DNA from: Lingula anatina
Lineage: Eukaryota > Animalia > Brachiopoda
Assembly (NCBI GenBank): GCA_051362555.1
Contig: CM120643.1
Coordinates: forward strand, 26,478,848 to 26,542,847
Reading direction: 5' to 3'
DNA: 64,000 nt
The translations under genes were made by a program, and so were the position numbers. Of the stretch, positions 27,301 through 40,803 are shown in pieces. The notes beneath the pieces are model-generated. The model did not search any database, was not told the origin of the DNA, and saw nothing but the letters and a program-made list of their open reading frames with translations. Position 1 is the stretch's first letter; the number at the start of each line of letters is the position of its first letter.

Positions 27301-30089
27301 CTATGATAAATCTTGGACGGCTATTAAGATCTTTGCAAGGGTTGCACTTTATCTTGGAATGGCGAGAATACTATACAAATGAATGAGGAAATGGGATGTG
27401 AAATTGCGCTGATAAAATATATCGACTAATGACGCCTTTCAAAATTGCCCAGCAGGATCCTAAAGCTACAAGCCTCAACATAAGAAACTACTATTTGTAA
27501 ATAGTTCAATCAGAGAGGCTGATGGAAGAAGTCAGTTATTACAAAGTGGAAGATCATTTATATGACAGACTACTTTTTTTGACAAGTAGTGTCACAGGTG
27601 CAAAAAGTCTGTATTACTACAGTATAATTTGGCCACATATATACACAATACGCCATGTCTTTCTACCATAGCATGCAATAAGTTGGAGGGGGGAGAAAAC
27701 CACAAGATATGATTCACATTACAGCACGCACTCACTTCCCAGTCTTTGTAATCTCCCCGTCAATCTGACCATTAGTGGTTTTAGATGGCTCCGTTCATTG
27801 TTGTATCACAAGCAATCTCTTTTTGCCCTTCTTTTTTTCAATATGGACTGGAACTCCAAAGTCTTATGTCACAGCTGAGTATATTCATAAATTATGTGTG
27901 ACACTGTTCTAAATAAGAAAGAGTCTCACTATGACAATTTTAACAAGGAAGCCTATACTGTCTAAACAGTCAGATAAAAAGACGAACATGAAATTGTGGT
28001 CAAACTTAATTGCTTGTTTGGACAAATAATGCTGGTTTTCTGGCATATCCTGGGTCCTATGCATGACAAAGTGTTATCAAAAAGGGATAATAAGATGGTT
28101 ATTAGTCAATACAAAAGGGCCAGAGGGAAACGTGACATTTCTATCTCTCTCTTTCTCTCCCTCTCTCTCTTTCTTTCTCTCATTAGCAATCTAACAATTC
28201 CATCATCCTTCATGTGTGTAATAAAGATCTATTTGCATTCAGATATGCAACATCATGAGGTGTAGGACACTGATTGTCCATCAATCCTTTAAAGATAGCC
28301 GCCTCTCATCTTTTGCTGCAATGACAATAGCCCTGTCCCCAGTACCCTATTGTGAATGGTCATTACTGGAGTAATACATCATCATAATGTGACGCAGAAT
28401 GCCACTGCATTAACATGACGCAATGTGCACTCTTCCACACAGGTTGTAACACAGTTAGGTGAAAATGTTTCACTCAGGGTCGGAAAAGCCAGGAGGAAGA
28501 TAAAGGGAGTTGAGTTGTGCCTTAGTGGCCATTTGTACCAAATATGACCCCTGAAGATGGGTAATCTTTCACTCCTTTTGAAACCCAACAACAAAAGAAG
28601 GTCGCCAGAATTGTTTGCTCAATGAAAAGTTACCTGTGCAGTTTGGTATGCAGGGCACCGAAATCACTGCTCTGTATTTGGATTGGCCCTCTTTAGTCTT
28701 GCCCCAACTACTTCCGGTGAAGGTAAATGCAATTTGAGGTTTCTTTTTGAATGCAAACAGTCAGACAAAACATCTTTTAGAATGACAGGTATTTAGGAAA
28801 GGAGATACACAGTCAGTATAGAAGACCGGTGGCAGCCAGTGGGACACACTGACAGATCACTAGGTGGTGGCAGCGAGCGGGACAGAGGACACTTGTGTCT
28901 GAGGGATTTTATTAAATATCTCTAGTGACATATCTTTTAATATACTGATTAGAAGGTTATTTGGCCCCACTCCCCTTCCACTGTCTTCATTGTGAAGACA
29001 ACAGTAAATCTGAACTTATTTTAGTGTGAGAACTGAACAAATGGCAGAAATATTACAATATTGAACCAGTAAACGTGGAGGGGGTGGCATTACAGTTGTT
29101 TGCAATTTCTTTTCTCATAACCTGTCAGTCAATAAAATAATATTCTTTGACAAGTGCACTAAGTTTAATCAGCTCCACCTGTATTTTCTTAACAAATCAC
29201 ATATTTTCCCCTTTTTTCTTTGGAATCAAATGCAAAGAAAGGTGGCATAAGTCACATGTCATATTTGACTAGTACAAGACTTCATACAAAAACTGAACTT
29301 TCCAATCTCCCTTTCAATCTCACAAAGAACAATTTAACACCTGTCTACTGGGTAATTTCCCATTTACCGCCAGTTAATGACACGTTTTAGGCAGGCCAGT
29401 GGCTTGACGGGAGTAATTTCATTTTACACTTTATCTTCTGTTCTTTTTCTAAAAAACACAGGGATGATAATGGACCTTGTTTACAAAGTAAAAATTGCAG
29501 AGGCATTTTATCAGTTTGTCGTGACCGTACATATATTTCCCTCTTTAGTTTATTTCCCTGGGCTGTGCAATTTTTTTTATATCGATGAAGTCATCAAGTG
29601 TCAGTGGCAGTGCCGAGTTTCTTGTCGTTATGAAAAACATTTCCTGTTGTTTTTAACCATACAACCAATGATACCAGAGAAGTATTCTACACAGACTGAA
29701 TTAAGTGGTTTACACTGTTTCGTTCACTTTTCCTGTGGTCACATTTCTTAGTTACTAGTACTTTTTTCTTTTTAAATGAGCTCTTTCATTGTTCATGTAC
29801 AGTACTTCCCTTTCAAGACATCTTACATATTAGTCACAAGAAGCATGGCACCAATTTTTGTTTTAATCCCAGCCTCATTTGCCCTAATGGCAGCCATTTT
29901 TTATTTTTCTTTTTTTGCTATAAACAACATCTAATGTGAATCCCTCTGTGTTTGTTGCCTCAAGAAATCGAATTCAACACAATACTCCTCTTTGTATACA
30001 ATTTGAATGTCAGCAAATATCCTATACTACATACAACTCTAAAAGACTTTGAACTAGGTCTGGTACCCATGGCTGACAACACTCCTCAG

Positions 30090-30463
30090 CAACACCAGAC
30101 ACTGGGACACAACTGACCATGACCCAGAGGACACCACCCCTCAACAACACCAGACACTGGGACACAAATGACCATGACCCAGAGGACACCACCCCTCAAC
30201 AACACCAGACACTGGGACACAAATGACCATGACCCAGAGGACACCACCCCTCAACAACACCAGACACTGGGACACAAATGACCATGACCCAGAGGACACC
30301 ACCCCTCAATAACACCAGACACTGGGACACAAATGACCATGACCCAGAGGACACCACCCCTCAACAACACCAGACACTGGGACACAAATGACCATGACCC
30401 AGAGGACACCACCCCTCAACAACACCAGACACTGGAACACAACTGACCATGACCCAGAGGACA
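30090..30463. repeat. 55-bp minisatellite, about 6.8 near-identical copies
   Basis: Unit caacaccagacactgggacacaaatgaccatgacccagaggacaccacccctcaa. Confidence 0.95.
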
Positions 30464-30773
30464 TTTGAGTTGAAATGTTAACTTTTTCTGATCATGAGAT
30501 AACATTTGTGAAAATGAAACCAGAGATTTTTTCTTTTCTCTAGGATTAGTCCACTTTTTTAGCCTTTTAGGAATAGATTACTTTTGGGGGAACAAAGACC
30601 TTTTTTAAAAATTCTTTCAACTGCTTACAACAAGGCAGCCCATTCTTGTGCCCTGCGGCATGTCCAAGGTTTCATAAAAGAAAGACGTTTAAGATGAGAG
30701 ACCAATGCTTGAGAGCCATGGGGTATCACTTCTATACTCAATGAATAGAAGAGGTTTTTATAATGAACAGCCT

Positions 30774-31043
30774 GGGGTCTGGCTAACAAGAAAACTTAGG
30801 ACTGAAAGTTGGTCTGAACTTTAAGACTGAAATTGTAGTCTACTACCTTGATCCAAGTTGAATATAGTAGTAGCCAAATAAAAGGAAACATCATTCCTGG
30901 TTCATTGAAAGATGGAAATGGCTTTGGACACTGGTTACTCTCTAGAAGTGGACTCATCTTAAACTAAAAAGACCACAACTTTCAGTGTTAACGTTAAGAC
31001 CACCTATAGGTCAGGTCTAGTTTCTAGTATAAACCAGGCCCCT
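30774..31043. mobile_element. Degenerate MITE family B
   Basis: ggggtctgg...aaaccaggcccc termini; internal ctgaaagttggtc / gaccacaactttcag inverted arms; further fragments at about 5390-5467, 19794-19878 and 32590-32756. Confidence 0.55.
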
Positions 31044-33939
31044 ACTTCTCCTCGTCTCTGTCACAGTGAAGAAGTCTGCCCAAGTGGTCATAATGTGCCC
31101 TGTGTTTTCCAGGCTGGGTGTTGGTCTGTGTCAGGGTGTGGAAGTATCGGCTCACTGACCCTACTCACCAAGTCTGTTGTATTGGGTATATATATATATA
31201 TATATATATCACTGGGTGCACTCCTCAGACAGATCAGACTTTATTTTCAGTTTCATGTTACCAGTGATAAAAACATGGACATAGTCAAACATGAATGGTG
31301 TTTATTTACAAACAAGTACTCGCGATATCATATCAGTATTTTTAACGATGTGTGCCTCTTTAAAAATTGTGCTGATTCTCTGTCTCATTCTTTTTGAGAG
31401 AAGGAGTGAGGGAAGGAGATTGACAAGATTACTCTTTTCAAATTATTGTATTTCTTTTCAAAAAGCATTCGTAACTCCGGTTTAAAACATGAAAATTACG
31501 TAAAAAAAAAAACTTAAAAAAAAAAAAAGGTTGTATTTTACTCTCCTTTTGCCCTGAAAATCAACATCAAACCATCCTCCTGATCAATGCCTTCCTTCAT
31601 GTACCTGTCACACTTACTCCCAGGCATTACTTAATCTCCAAACCTAAAACATCCATCAATAATTCACGGCTCCCAGCATGAGGGGTACTATATCATTCAT
31701 AATAAAAGCTAAATTACAGTACAACACACACAGTCATTCCCAGGTAAACATCACATACAAAACTTAGTAATTATAACAGATGTAAATATCGCGAATCAAT
31801 TCTGGCCTGTGATCAATATTAATATGTCGACCAATCTACACCGCCATCGTCAGCTCTACCAGTGTCTGCACTTGACCATCAAGCGTCCTATTGATTAGTG
31901 ACTGGAATCATTGAAGGGCCTGTCATAACACCCAGGGAAGTTGTATTCTTATAATATCACACCCAATGTGTGTGCAATATTTGAACTGTCATTATGAGGC
32001 TTTTGAGAGTCATTATTCATATCTGCACTGCAATCATGACTTTATCGATCTCAGGTAGTCGTCACTCAGAGACCGTCAACGACTGTCAAGATTTTTGTTA
32101 TTGAAGGCTCCATTTCTAGTAAACATACTGCATCCCATGTTATTAATATCAATCAGAAATGAAGCCCTTACTACACTGTAAACGGTAGATGGATAACAGT
32201 GAACAATGGAGATATACCCATAAAAGTAGTTTACCACTGGTTCTGTGGTGGATTTGCGTACAATTCATTACTACCAGCAACTCCACCAGAATGGGATAAA
32301 AGTGCAAATGGACAGAGGTGGTGAAATTTTGAAAATAAATCTACATTTTTTCATCCCCTTCACAATCAGTATTGATCTGAAAGTAAAATGGGTGACGCAC
32401 GACTCCCAAGTGAAGCCTCTCACAAGAGCACGGAAACTCTCTGCATAGACCATGTTTAATATTCCCTTCATGGCTTCGCTTCAGTGTGAGAAGAATACCT
32501 AATGAGTCAGGGTCTATTATGGTTTGTATTTATTTTTAATACTTTCTCCTTGGAAGCCTAAGCCAGTACTAGTAGATGTACAGGTAAAGTCTGGGTCAAG
32601 TTCCACAACAGAAGCCAAACTGAGAGTTGGTCCCAACTTTTAACTTCATAAATTTTTGTCAACTTCCATCTAGGAGAAATTTGTTTTAGTCAACTTAAGA
32701 AAGACAATTTGTCTGACACATGAACCATGTCTTCCCTTTTGTGAAACAGACACCCTATTTCTAATCTTAGGGACCTCTTACTGATAAACCTTGAGTCAAA
32801 GTAATCTGAAAACTAGTCTTCACATTAAAACCAAGTAAAAGAAAGCTAGGACACTTCAATAAAGTCTCCCTGATCAGCAGCCGCCGACACGTGTGGCACA
32901 CGCCAAGCACTTTCTTCTCCACAAGGACCCAGGTATGCTTTTCTTAAAACAAATGAGAAACTGAGAAATCACCTGCTACCTCCACAACCATCAACTTGTA
33001 CAGAGACATTAAGAAATCCTGGAATATAATCTTCTCCCTTAATACAACACAAAAGAACAATGTATGTGAACAGTATGTATTACACACCTAGCAAATAAAT
33101 ATGAGATAACATAATGAAGAATAAAGTGTGAATCATAGACAATTTTCTAATGGAAGAAAAAAATACCCCAAAATCTATCAGATGAGAAATTTCCCCTTGA
33201 GATTTGTCTCATGATTTTTTTAAAAAACAAAGCAGCATCCCGTGACTCATAATCAGATAACAGTTTCCAGTAGTTGGGAGAGGGGAAATGAATTAAAACA
33301 TGCATCATCCTGATACAGAGTAGGGACCATGGACACATTAGGATGTACTAACTTACACTGGAGAAATACTAATTGACTTTAATGGACAGCCAGATTAACA
33401 ATATGACTCTTATTTGTCCTCTTTGAAGTACTAGTAATATGTTCTGGACTCCCCATAGTAAAGTGATGTATAGTTCTTCAATTTATATGGATTAAAAAGC
33501 CTTCTGCTTTTAGACTTTTTAGTCCAGAAAAAGATTTCAAATTTTCTTATGAAATTTATAAATAACATCATTCAACTGTACTCCAAAAATTATCAGAAAC
33601 TTTTAGCACAATAATTTTTTGTCGAATGATATATTCACCTCTTCAAGTTTGGCTACAATAAAAGGTAATTTTTTTTGTTTCTATTAGTGATAATTGGTTC
33701 AAAATTTTGAGTTAAACAATAAAGAGAAAATTTCTCCAAATGAGAGTGCAGCAAGTAGCTGTCTAGTGATGTCATTAAGTCTGGTTCCATTCTAAGTTAG
33801 CCCTCATGTGAATGCAACCATCCACTCCTTGCAAGACCCCACAGTATTTCTGGGGCTTCTGAAGGAGTACAACAGCAGCACTTCATATGTCAGATATAAG
33901 AAGAAAAGAAATGAGTGTGTTGCTATTTTTATCACTTAC

Positions 33940-34013
33940 CTCTAGAGTTTGTCGCAATGTCAGCGACTTTTTGGAAAGCTTCTAAAAAAGCTCCTGCTGC
34001 GAGAATTGTAGTT
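33940..34013 (-). CDS. MTSS1: MTSS-like coding exon 3
   Basis: 74 bp; cttcag|TTILAAGAFLEAFQKVADIATNSR(G)|gtaagt. Confidence 0.94.
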
Positions 34014-37000
34014 CTGAAGAGAAAAACATAATAATTTTCAAAAATCTTTTAAAAAACTTAATGCATTTATTGACGTTTATATCCCAGAACAAAGTATGCA
34101 TTCAAATTACACTCAGTTAAAGGATCTGATAACCCAATGAAGAAAATGACTAGAGCTTGGTTCGTTTCCACCTCAGCAAAACAAGGTCGCTCAAACCATC
34201 AACTAGTAGATACCTGATAAGAAATAATGTTGTTTCCTGATTAAGTTCTAATCACGGAGATGAAAATTACCAACATAAATATTCATAACTCAATTTAAGT
34301 CGTGAGACCTGAAGAATTTTGGCATGACTTCCGTTTCAGCCAATCTAATAATTACCTAACTCAGTAAATAATATTTCAAGTCTCTGGGAGATAAGTCACT
34401 GTAGATTTTATACAGCAACTAACTGCTTCGAACTTAAACATGGCTACAGATTTTATTACGCAATTGCAAGATTGAAATATCTCAAAATGTCCAAGTTTGT
34501 TTTTATTTCATTACAAGTTCTTATAACCATGAAGATCTTTCTTTTTCTTTTTTTGTAAAATCAAGTGAGTGTAATTAAACAAATACAGTTGTTTTCCTTC
34601 AATGACACTCATTTTAATTACAAAATCTGAAAATATTTAATAATGCTACAGGCCCATTAGAAGAAACCCTGAATGTAAGTTGAAAAAAAAAAAAAAAAAA
34701 AAAAAAAAGAAAGTAAAAAAAATAAAAGGGCTGACTCTGTTGTCATCTGCATTAGACAGCTCATTAGCCCCATACGTGCTCAATAACTACCATCTTTCAT
34801 TAACACAATTAAACGCCTTAACAGGGCACTATCACTAACCCCCATACCCCAAACCATGTATAAACACAACTCAATATTGATAATCCATATTTTCCAAGCA
34901 CACCATATGCTATACGCTTCACAGAGGGCCTTGAGGAAGCTGTATATCCCAATAAACTGTGGCATGAATTATGCATTAAGGTGTAGTCTTCATTGTAGAT
35001 TACCTACTGTGCTATTTCTGCCATCAATTAAACAATGTGGTAAGATTACACCCGTGACCTTGTACAATCTGGTCTTATTCACTCCTATGAAATTATCCCT
35101 CCCCAGGGAGACATCATCCCTCCCAAGGGAGAGAACACCCAGGCTTTCAGAGATCTACCTGGCAATGTTAACAATGATGAGACGCTAAAGTATCTTCCTG
35201 GTTTTGGTTTTTGATGAAAATTCCCGCAACCAATTAGAATTTCAAAAGAAAACAAGGATAAATTTGAATGTGATCATATCTTTCCTTATGAGAAAATAAG
35301 GATATGTTTAGGACTGAGCATAATCTGAACATGGACATTTTCAGGAACTAGGATGTGTGTTGCCCTGCTTCATAGCCTCCAACCCCCCCCCCCCCCCCCC
35401 CCCATCATCTAATAGTGGAAATAAAATATATCTTACATTCACTTTACTACTGCATCACAAAACTACTTTCTCATCTTTTGAAAAATGAAAATATATATAA
35501 GAGAAAAAGTTTTAGTCAAATGCATAATTTTTTTCTTTTTCACCTAATTTATGTTGTACTTCAAGTGTTAACTGATCAAATACCACAGTAATAAGATCTG
35601 AAACTAAAACAAAAACAAACATTTGCTACAAAAAAACATACAAAACAGAGTTGTGTAAAGAAAACAATACAAGGTTTCGAATTCTTATGCAAGCTTTGAA
35701 TACAAGCATCTACAATGTGAAACTAATTATTTTGAAATCTGTTTTCAATTTCAATTACACAAAAGTCTATGCAAACAAACTTAGGTGTGAGTTACCTTAG
35801 CACTGTGTTGAGTTTGATGGCCTTAGCAGCAAAGTCTTCCCAAACTGGGTTACTGTTCTGAAATAGAAAGACAAAGACTGTCATCAATCAATAGTAAATC
35901 CACGTTCATTAAATTGCTCCATCATTGAGATCCAATCTTGAATTTTAATAAAGACAGTATTATGATGTGTCAAGTGAATAAGAAAAAAACGTTTATCACA
36001 ATCACTCAAATAGACATCTTCAAAAATATGCAGATTCATAGCAATCAATTTTGTTTCCTAGAAAATGTATCTGAATTTAGTTTAGGAACTTAGTTTAGAG
36101 TAAACATTTTCACCAGGTATATCCCCGTGAAATGTTCAGATCTCATAAGGAATTACTAGTACAATGGGCAAATAGAGGCAAATTGGTGCAAGAAATACAA
36201 AGAGACTACCGCTTACCTCTGACTTATTTGTAATTAAATCATACACTAAGTTCAGTTTCAACTTTTCTTTCTGATATATACTACATCAAGGACAGAATCA
36301 ACACTTTAAGGACTACACAAACATGTTTGATCTTAAAAAAAAAAGTTGTAGATTTGGGAAAGATTCACACTACACTCCTAGGGTTATCTTGGATTAGAAT
36401 AAGCTGTGGCATTTTGCTTTGCTGTGAAAATCTTGCCAAATATTTCACATTAATCACGAGATGTTGTCAAAATGATGGCATCATGACAGAATAAACAAAA
36501 ACAGATTTATTTCAGCACTGAAATGTCATTATCTCCTTATAATTCCACCAGATTGACAGAAAAGACACTAATTCAGATTGAAGATTCTAAGAAAATAACT
36601 CCACGGAGATAAGAGTGCTAGAAAAAAGAAACACTGTAGAACAACAACGATGAAATCAAACTCGAGCCCTGCATGCACTGTTTTTCCATTCCAGGAGTTT
36701 TTGTTTGTTTTAGCGCCTCTGCCATAAGGCCAATCTCCCCAAGCCGGGCATAAAATGGCAACTAGAGGCTCTTGAACAAACAAAGAAACCAATCAAATTT
36801 CCAGGCAGACTGGATATTGCTAAGAAAATATCACCAGGAAATTACCAGGTGTTCAGCAGCTATGATTTCTCATACGGCAGTAAACTGCATTTAAAGGCCT
36901 CTCATCGCGTTATATGTGAAATATGCCGCATCTTGGCTTATTACTCACTGAAAATTACATACAAAGCATGTATCAGGTATGCCATTTGCCTGTTACTATA

Positions 37001-39839
37001 TGATTACACATGGGTCTTGATCCAGAATTCTAAATTGGTAGTTACTCCTATGAAGATTTCTTCAGCTTCTCAGAGGAACAGGTGTACAATATGGCACTGA
37101 CACATATACAATACACCTTAATGGACAGCAGAAACTTTTTCTCATGAAGCAGAAAACCCTTGAAGGTGAATCAAAATCATCTAAACAATTTGCCCAAAGT
37201 AAACAAATATACCAAAGAGGTTAGCGCACAGTGTAAACACAACTTGCATACAACACTGTAGGTCTTTCTCTGTTCTCTCTCTGTGGCAATTAAAGAGCTC
37301 ATTTACTGCTGTTATACTAGTACAAAACGGGTTACCTAACACCGTTTTACAACCCCTGGCGTCAAATTAACTCTCCAAGTTGGTAGGGCTGACACGTGCA
37401 AAGCTTGTCAAACCCCGTGGACACTGCAAAACTCCCATGCACGGTGGAAAGCAACTGTTCATCTGAATTAGGAAATTGAACTTTCCAAAATTGGATCTTA
37501 ACTTTGGAGACTACCTATGGGTTTAATAAAAAAACCACCATGTTACAAGAAGTGACTCTGGTGACTTATTAAGAGTCATGGTCATTTAAAGGACAAATGC
37601 ATGACATCAGCCTTGAGGAGAAAAACAATGAATTGACAGTAAAGTGAACTTTGTTTTCAATTTGGAAAACTACATCCAATTTTAAACCCAAGTTCACATT
37701 AGTGGGAAAAGGTTTTGCTTTCTTTTTATAATGATATATTGTTATCATAGTCTATGGAGAAGAGGGAGCCACTTCAATCCACAGAAAATATTTACAAAAT
37801 CAGAGGAGATGATATATATATATTTTAGTCCAACAAAGGCAACATAATCCTAAGAAGTAATACTGATATCTTAGACCCCATTCCCATAGATTTTAGATCA
37901 ATCTATCCCTGTGGGGAGTCTCGCTAGATTACTGTCAGCTTAGCCGGCTTAAGCATCTGTCCTGCCTACTTAAAGCTGTAAGGGGGTAATTAACTATGGT
38001 GCGTGCTCGGCTGACTGCAATTTAGAGTGAATCCCCAGGGAGTTAGGTTGATCTAAATCTTAATCTCTGGATCGATCTAAATCTCTGGGAATGCACCCTT
38101 ACTGACTGAAGAAGTGATTTTTAAAGATAACTTCTGAACAGATGTGTTGTTTTTTTTTTCTCTTTTACAAAAGAGCAAATAACCCATCACTCATCTTGGG
38201 CAATTCCATTACATAAATGTAGCATTACACAGAACAATCCAAGGGGAATTTCCCCCAGCAAATCAAGTGTATTGCCAGATAATAATAAGATAGAAATGTA
38301 AATGCTGTTCACTTTTCCATGGGCAAAAACATTACCAGATTGTACTCACAGAGATTATATATTTGCTTTCCCCATTTCTCATGGGATATGAATTGAGAGA
38401 ATTGTACTTCCCACAAAATATAACACATTTCTCAGGCTACATAGTTCTAGTTTCATGAGGAAAAACTGTTACAAGTCTTGCTGATGGTTTTCCAGGATCA
38501 GTTGTCATATATGAGCATGTAAATGACGGAAGCTAGACAACCAACAACAGCAAGCACTCAGCTCTGCCTATAATAAAATTAGGACATATTACTGGAAACA
38601 AAGTAATCCCACTCTTCAGGAATTCCCTCAGCTGATCAGCCACGACTGAGCTGTCGAAATCGTTTCAGGCAATTTCCTGTTATTTTACAACAGCAATCAA
38701 ATTCTGCTGATGGCCCAGCAGTTAATGGTCGGTGGTACATCTGACAACCTTCACCTCTTGTTCCTGTACTTCAAGTTAACTATAAATCATGCCTATCATG
38801 TACACACAATTCCAGAACACATCATTCTACACTGTTCTACAACAGGTGTGGAGTCACTCCCATTTCATGATCATATTCAGATCGTTCTATTGTGTTTTGA
38901 GCTAAATACTGCTCTGATGGAACAAAATATCAGTTCAAAATTATGTTGTTCTATTGATTTAAGAATGTTAGGAGGCATACAAGAAGTAAGGTTTTAGAGA
39001 CTAAAATGAAGATGGTCAAGACAAGACTGTGTACGAATATTCTCTTCTTATTTTAAGTTCAACTTGGCTTTATTTCTTTGTGTCCACATCTCACAATTGT
39101 GTTAATATAATATTGACAGCACAGCATGTTTAGACTATTATTCAATTATCAGTCTAGTGATGTTCTTAGACTATGACATATGTTCTCTTCTGAGTTAAAC
39201 AGACATGCCAGCAAACCCCCACACACAGACACTGCATGATAAGATCTGTACGGAAACCCAGCACAAATTAGACAGCACAAACAAAGTATAGAATTTCATG
39301 GACAGAAAACCCATTCCATATCGTTAAGAATGCTGTTACCATTTTCTTGTAATAATTCTGGATAAAATGCAGGTCAATTTATCTTTTTAAATAATCAAAA
39401 CATTGAATTAACTGCTATACAGGCAGCTCTTATGTGAATGTTAGAGAAAAATCTTAACAAAGGCAGTGATCAGGTACATATATCAGGAAGTATTGGGCCG
39501 TTAAGATTTCACGGTTAACAAAACAGACTCCTTGTAAGTAATTATTACGAGCTCCTTATCAACACCAGCGTTAACTCTAAGTCGATCCTGCATGAAGACA
39601 GCATATCTCGTAACGTTATCGTGTGGGAAACAATTGATAAGATCTCACACAATCTATGAATACTATGAGCGCTGAAACAGCGTTAGTATTGCCGTGTCTG
39701 ACACTTTCTTCACTTCTTATCACCGATCTTTTTTTTTTTAATTGCCGTGCTACTGATACTCTCGTCTTACCTTCATATCATTTATTATCGTCTGGAACAG
39801 TCCCCCTAGGGCGCTGCAGTCTTTTTCTATATTATCCAT
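33940..39839 (-). CDS. MTSS1: MTSS1/MTSS2-like (Missing-in-metastasis, IMD/I-BAR domain) gene, coding exons 1-3; remainder lies left of the window
   Basis: Spliced translation MDNIEKDCSALGGLFQTIINDMK/NSNPVWEDFAAKAIKLNTVLR/TTILAAGAFLEAFQKVADIATNSRG matches the recalled MTSS1 N-terminus (EKECSALGGLFQTIISDMKGSYPVWEDF...AFLDAFQKVADMATNTRG). Confidence 0.95.
35796..35857 (-). CDS. MTSS1: MTSS-like coding exon 2
   Basis: 62 bp; tttcag|NSNPVWEDFAAKAIKLNTVL(R)|gtaact. Confidence 0.94.
37874..38098. mobile_element. PIF/Harbinger MITE, family A, copy 2 (MTSS intron 1)
   Basis: TTA on both flanks; TIRs cattcccatagattttagatc / gatctaaatctctgggaatg; internal sequence shared with 1956-2152. Confidence 0.78.
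39771..39839 (-). CDS. MTSS1: MTSS-like coding exon 1
   Basis: ATG in aaagcATGG context; MDNIEKDCSALGGLFQTIINDMK; AAG|GTAAGA donor. Confidence 0.94.
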
Positions 39840-40001
39840 GCTTTAAAATCGAAGTTATCGAGGTGCAGGAAAGTATAAAATCCGGTGAAATCCAACGTGG
39901 TTCACTTGGTCAGCTGTTGAGTGTTGTTCTCTTATCTTTCGTCTCCTTGCTTCCAAGGCGCAACAATTACTAATAAAGACTTATGTATGTGAGTAGAACT
40001 C

Positions 40002-40034
40002 TTAAGTATAATCCTCGAACGTTGTTATATCCAT
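40002..40034 (-). other. Putative upstream ORF MDITTFEDYT* in the MTSS 5' leader
   Basis: tcaaaATGG start context, TAA at 40004-40002; lies between the promoter motifs and the main ATG. Confidence 0.45.
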
Positions 40035-40144
40035 TTTGACAGGAATGCAGCTCGAAAACTCGTCGAAAAGTGGTAAAAAGTTGAAAAAACTTTCGTCCAG
40101 CAAAACTCTCACTCAGTCGATCCTTTGAAAGATGGAAGAGACAA

Positions 40145-40240
40145 CATTAAGTCACGTGAGCTCGTGAAGGATTCTGATTGGCTTGCGCTTACTTCCGGTA
40201 AGTTGGTGACCTTTTCTGAATACGTAAAGGATTGGTTCAT
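40145..40240 (-). promoter_or_regulatory. Likely MTSS proximal promoter
   Basis: CpG-enriched zone about 300-400 bp upstream of the ATG with GTCACGTGA E-box (40151-40159), two CCAAT boxes in gene sense (ctgattggc 40174-40182; gattggtt 40230-40237) and an ETS site ACTTCCGGT (40191-40199). Confidence 0.65.
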
Positions 40241-40756
40241 TCACAATACGGAGTGGTTGACATTTGCCCTTATAGCTATTAATTCTGCTTTGGGATGTGA
40301 TTCATTGTTATAAAAGTAAAATAAAATGTGTGCACTTTTTTATCTTAACAGCAACGTGGAAAAATGCGTTATTGGAAAGAAAGAGGAAATGCGGTTCATT
40401 TAGTGCGACAAGGTCCCCTGTACTTGTTTTTCAGTCTGATTAATATGTTTGCAACAATTTAAAAAACTGTATCTTTTCTGGTGTTTTCGGTTGATGTTTT
40501 TGCTTTCATTTGCCATAAGTCACCAAATACTTAAGTTTTGCCTCGGTTTGCCACGGTGATCTCTCATGCACGTAAAATAATAAATTGTTTTGTTTTTCAA
40601 GAGAAGAGTTGAACGCACAGTGGGAGGAACTATTAAAAAAAAAAAAGAAATAGAAAAAAAAACATTCAAGTGTAAAACTTAAAAATAGTTTCATACCAAA
40701 AAAATATTTTAAAAAAATCAAATTGATATAATTTTCATTGAACAGTCCAAACTATG

Positions 40757-40803
<47 letters not shown>

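Larger units (their letters stand above)
1..33939 (-). other. MTSS-like intron 3 (>33.9 kb, open at left end)
   Basis: The expected exon 4 (G-T-R/K-E-I-G-S-A-L-T-R-x-C-M-R-H-like) was not found by eye; a hidden small exon cannot be excluded. Confidence 0.65.

Noticed and set aside
30090-30463. Possible CRISPR-like array
   Set aside because: Contiguous 55-bp tandem units with no unique spacers, eukaryotic context, no cas genes
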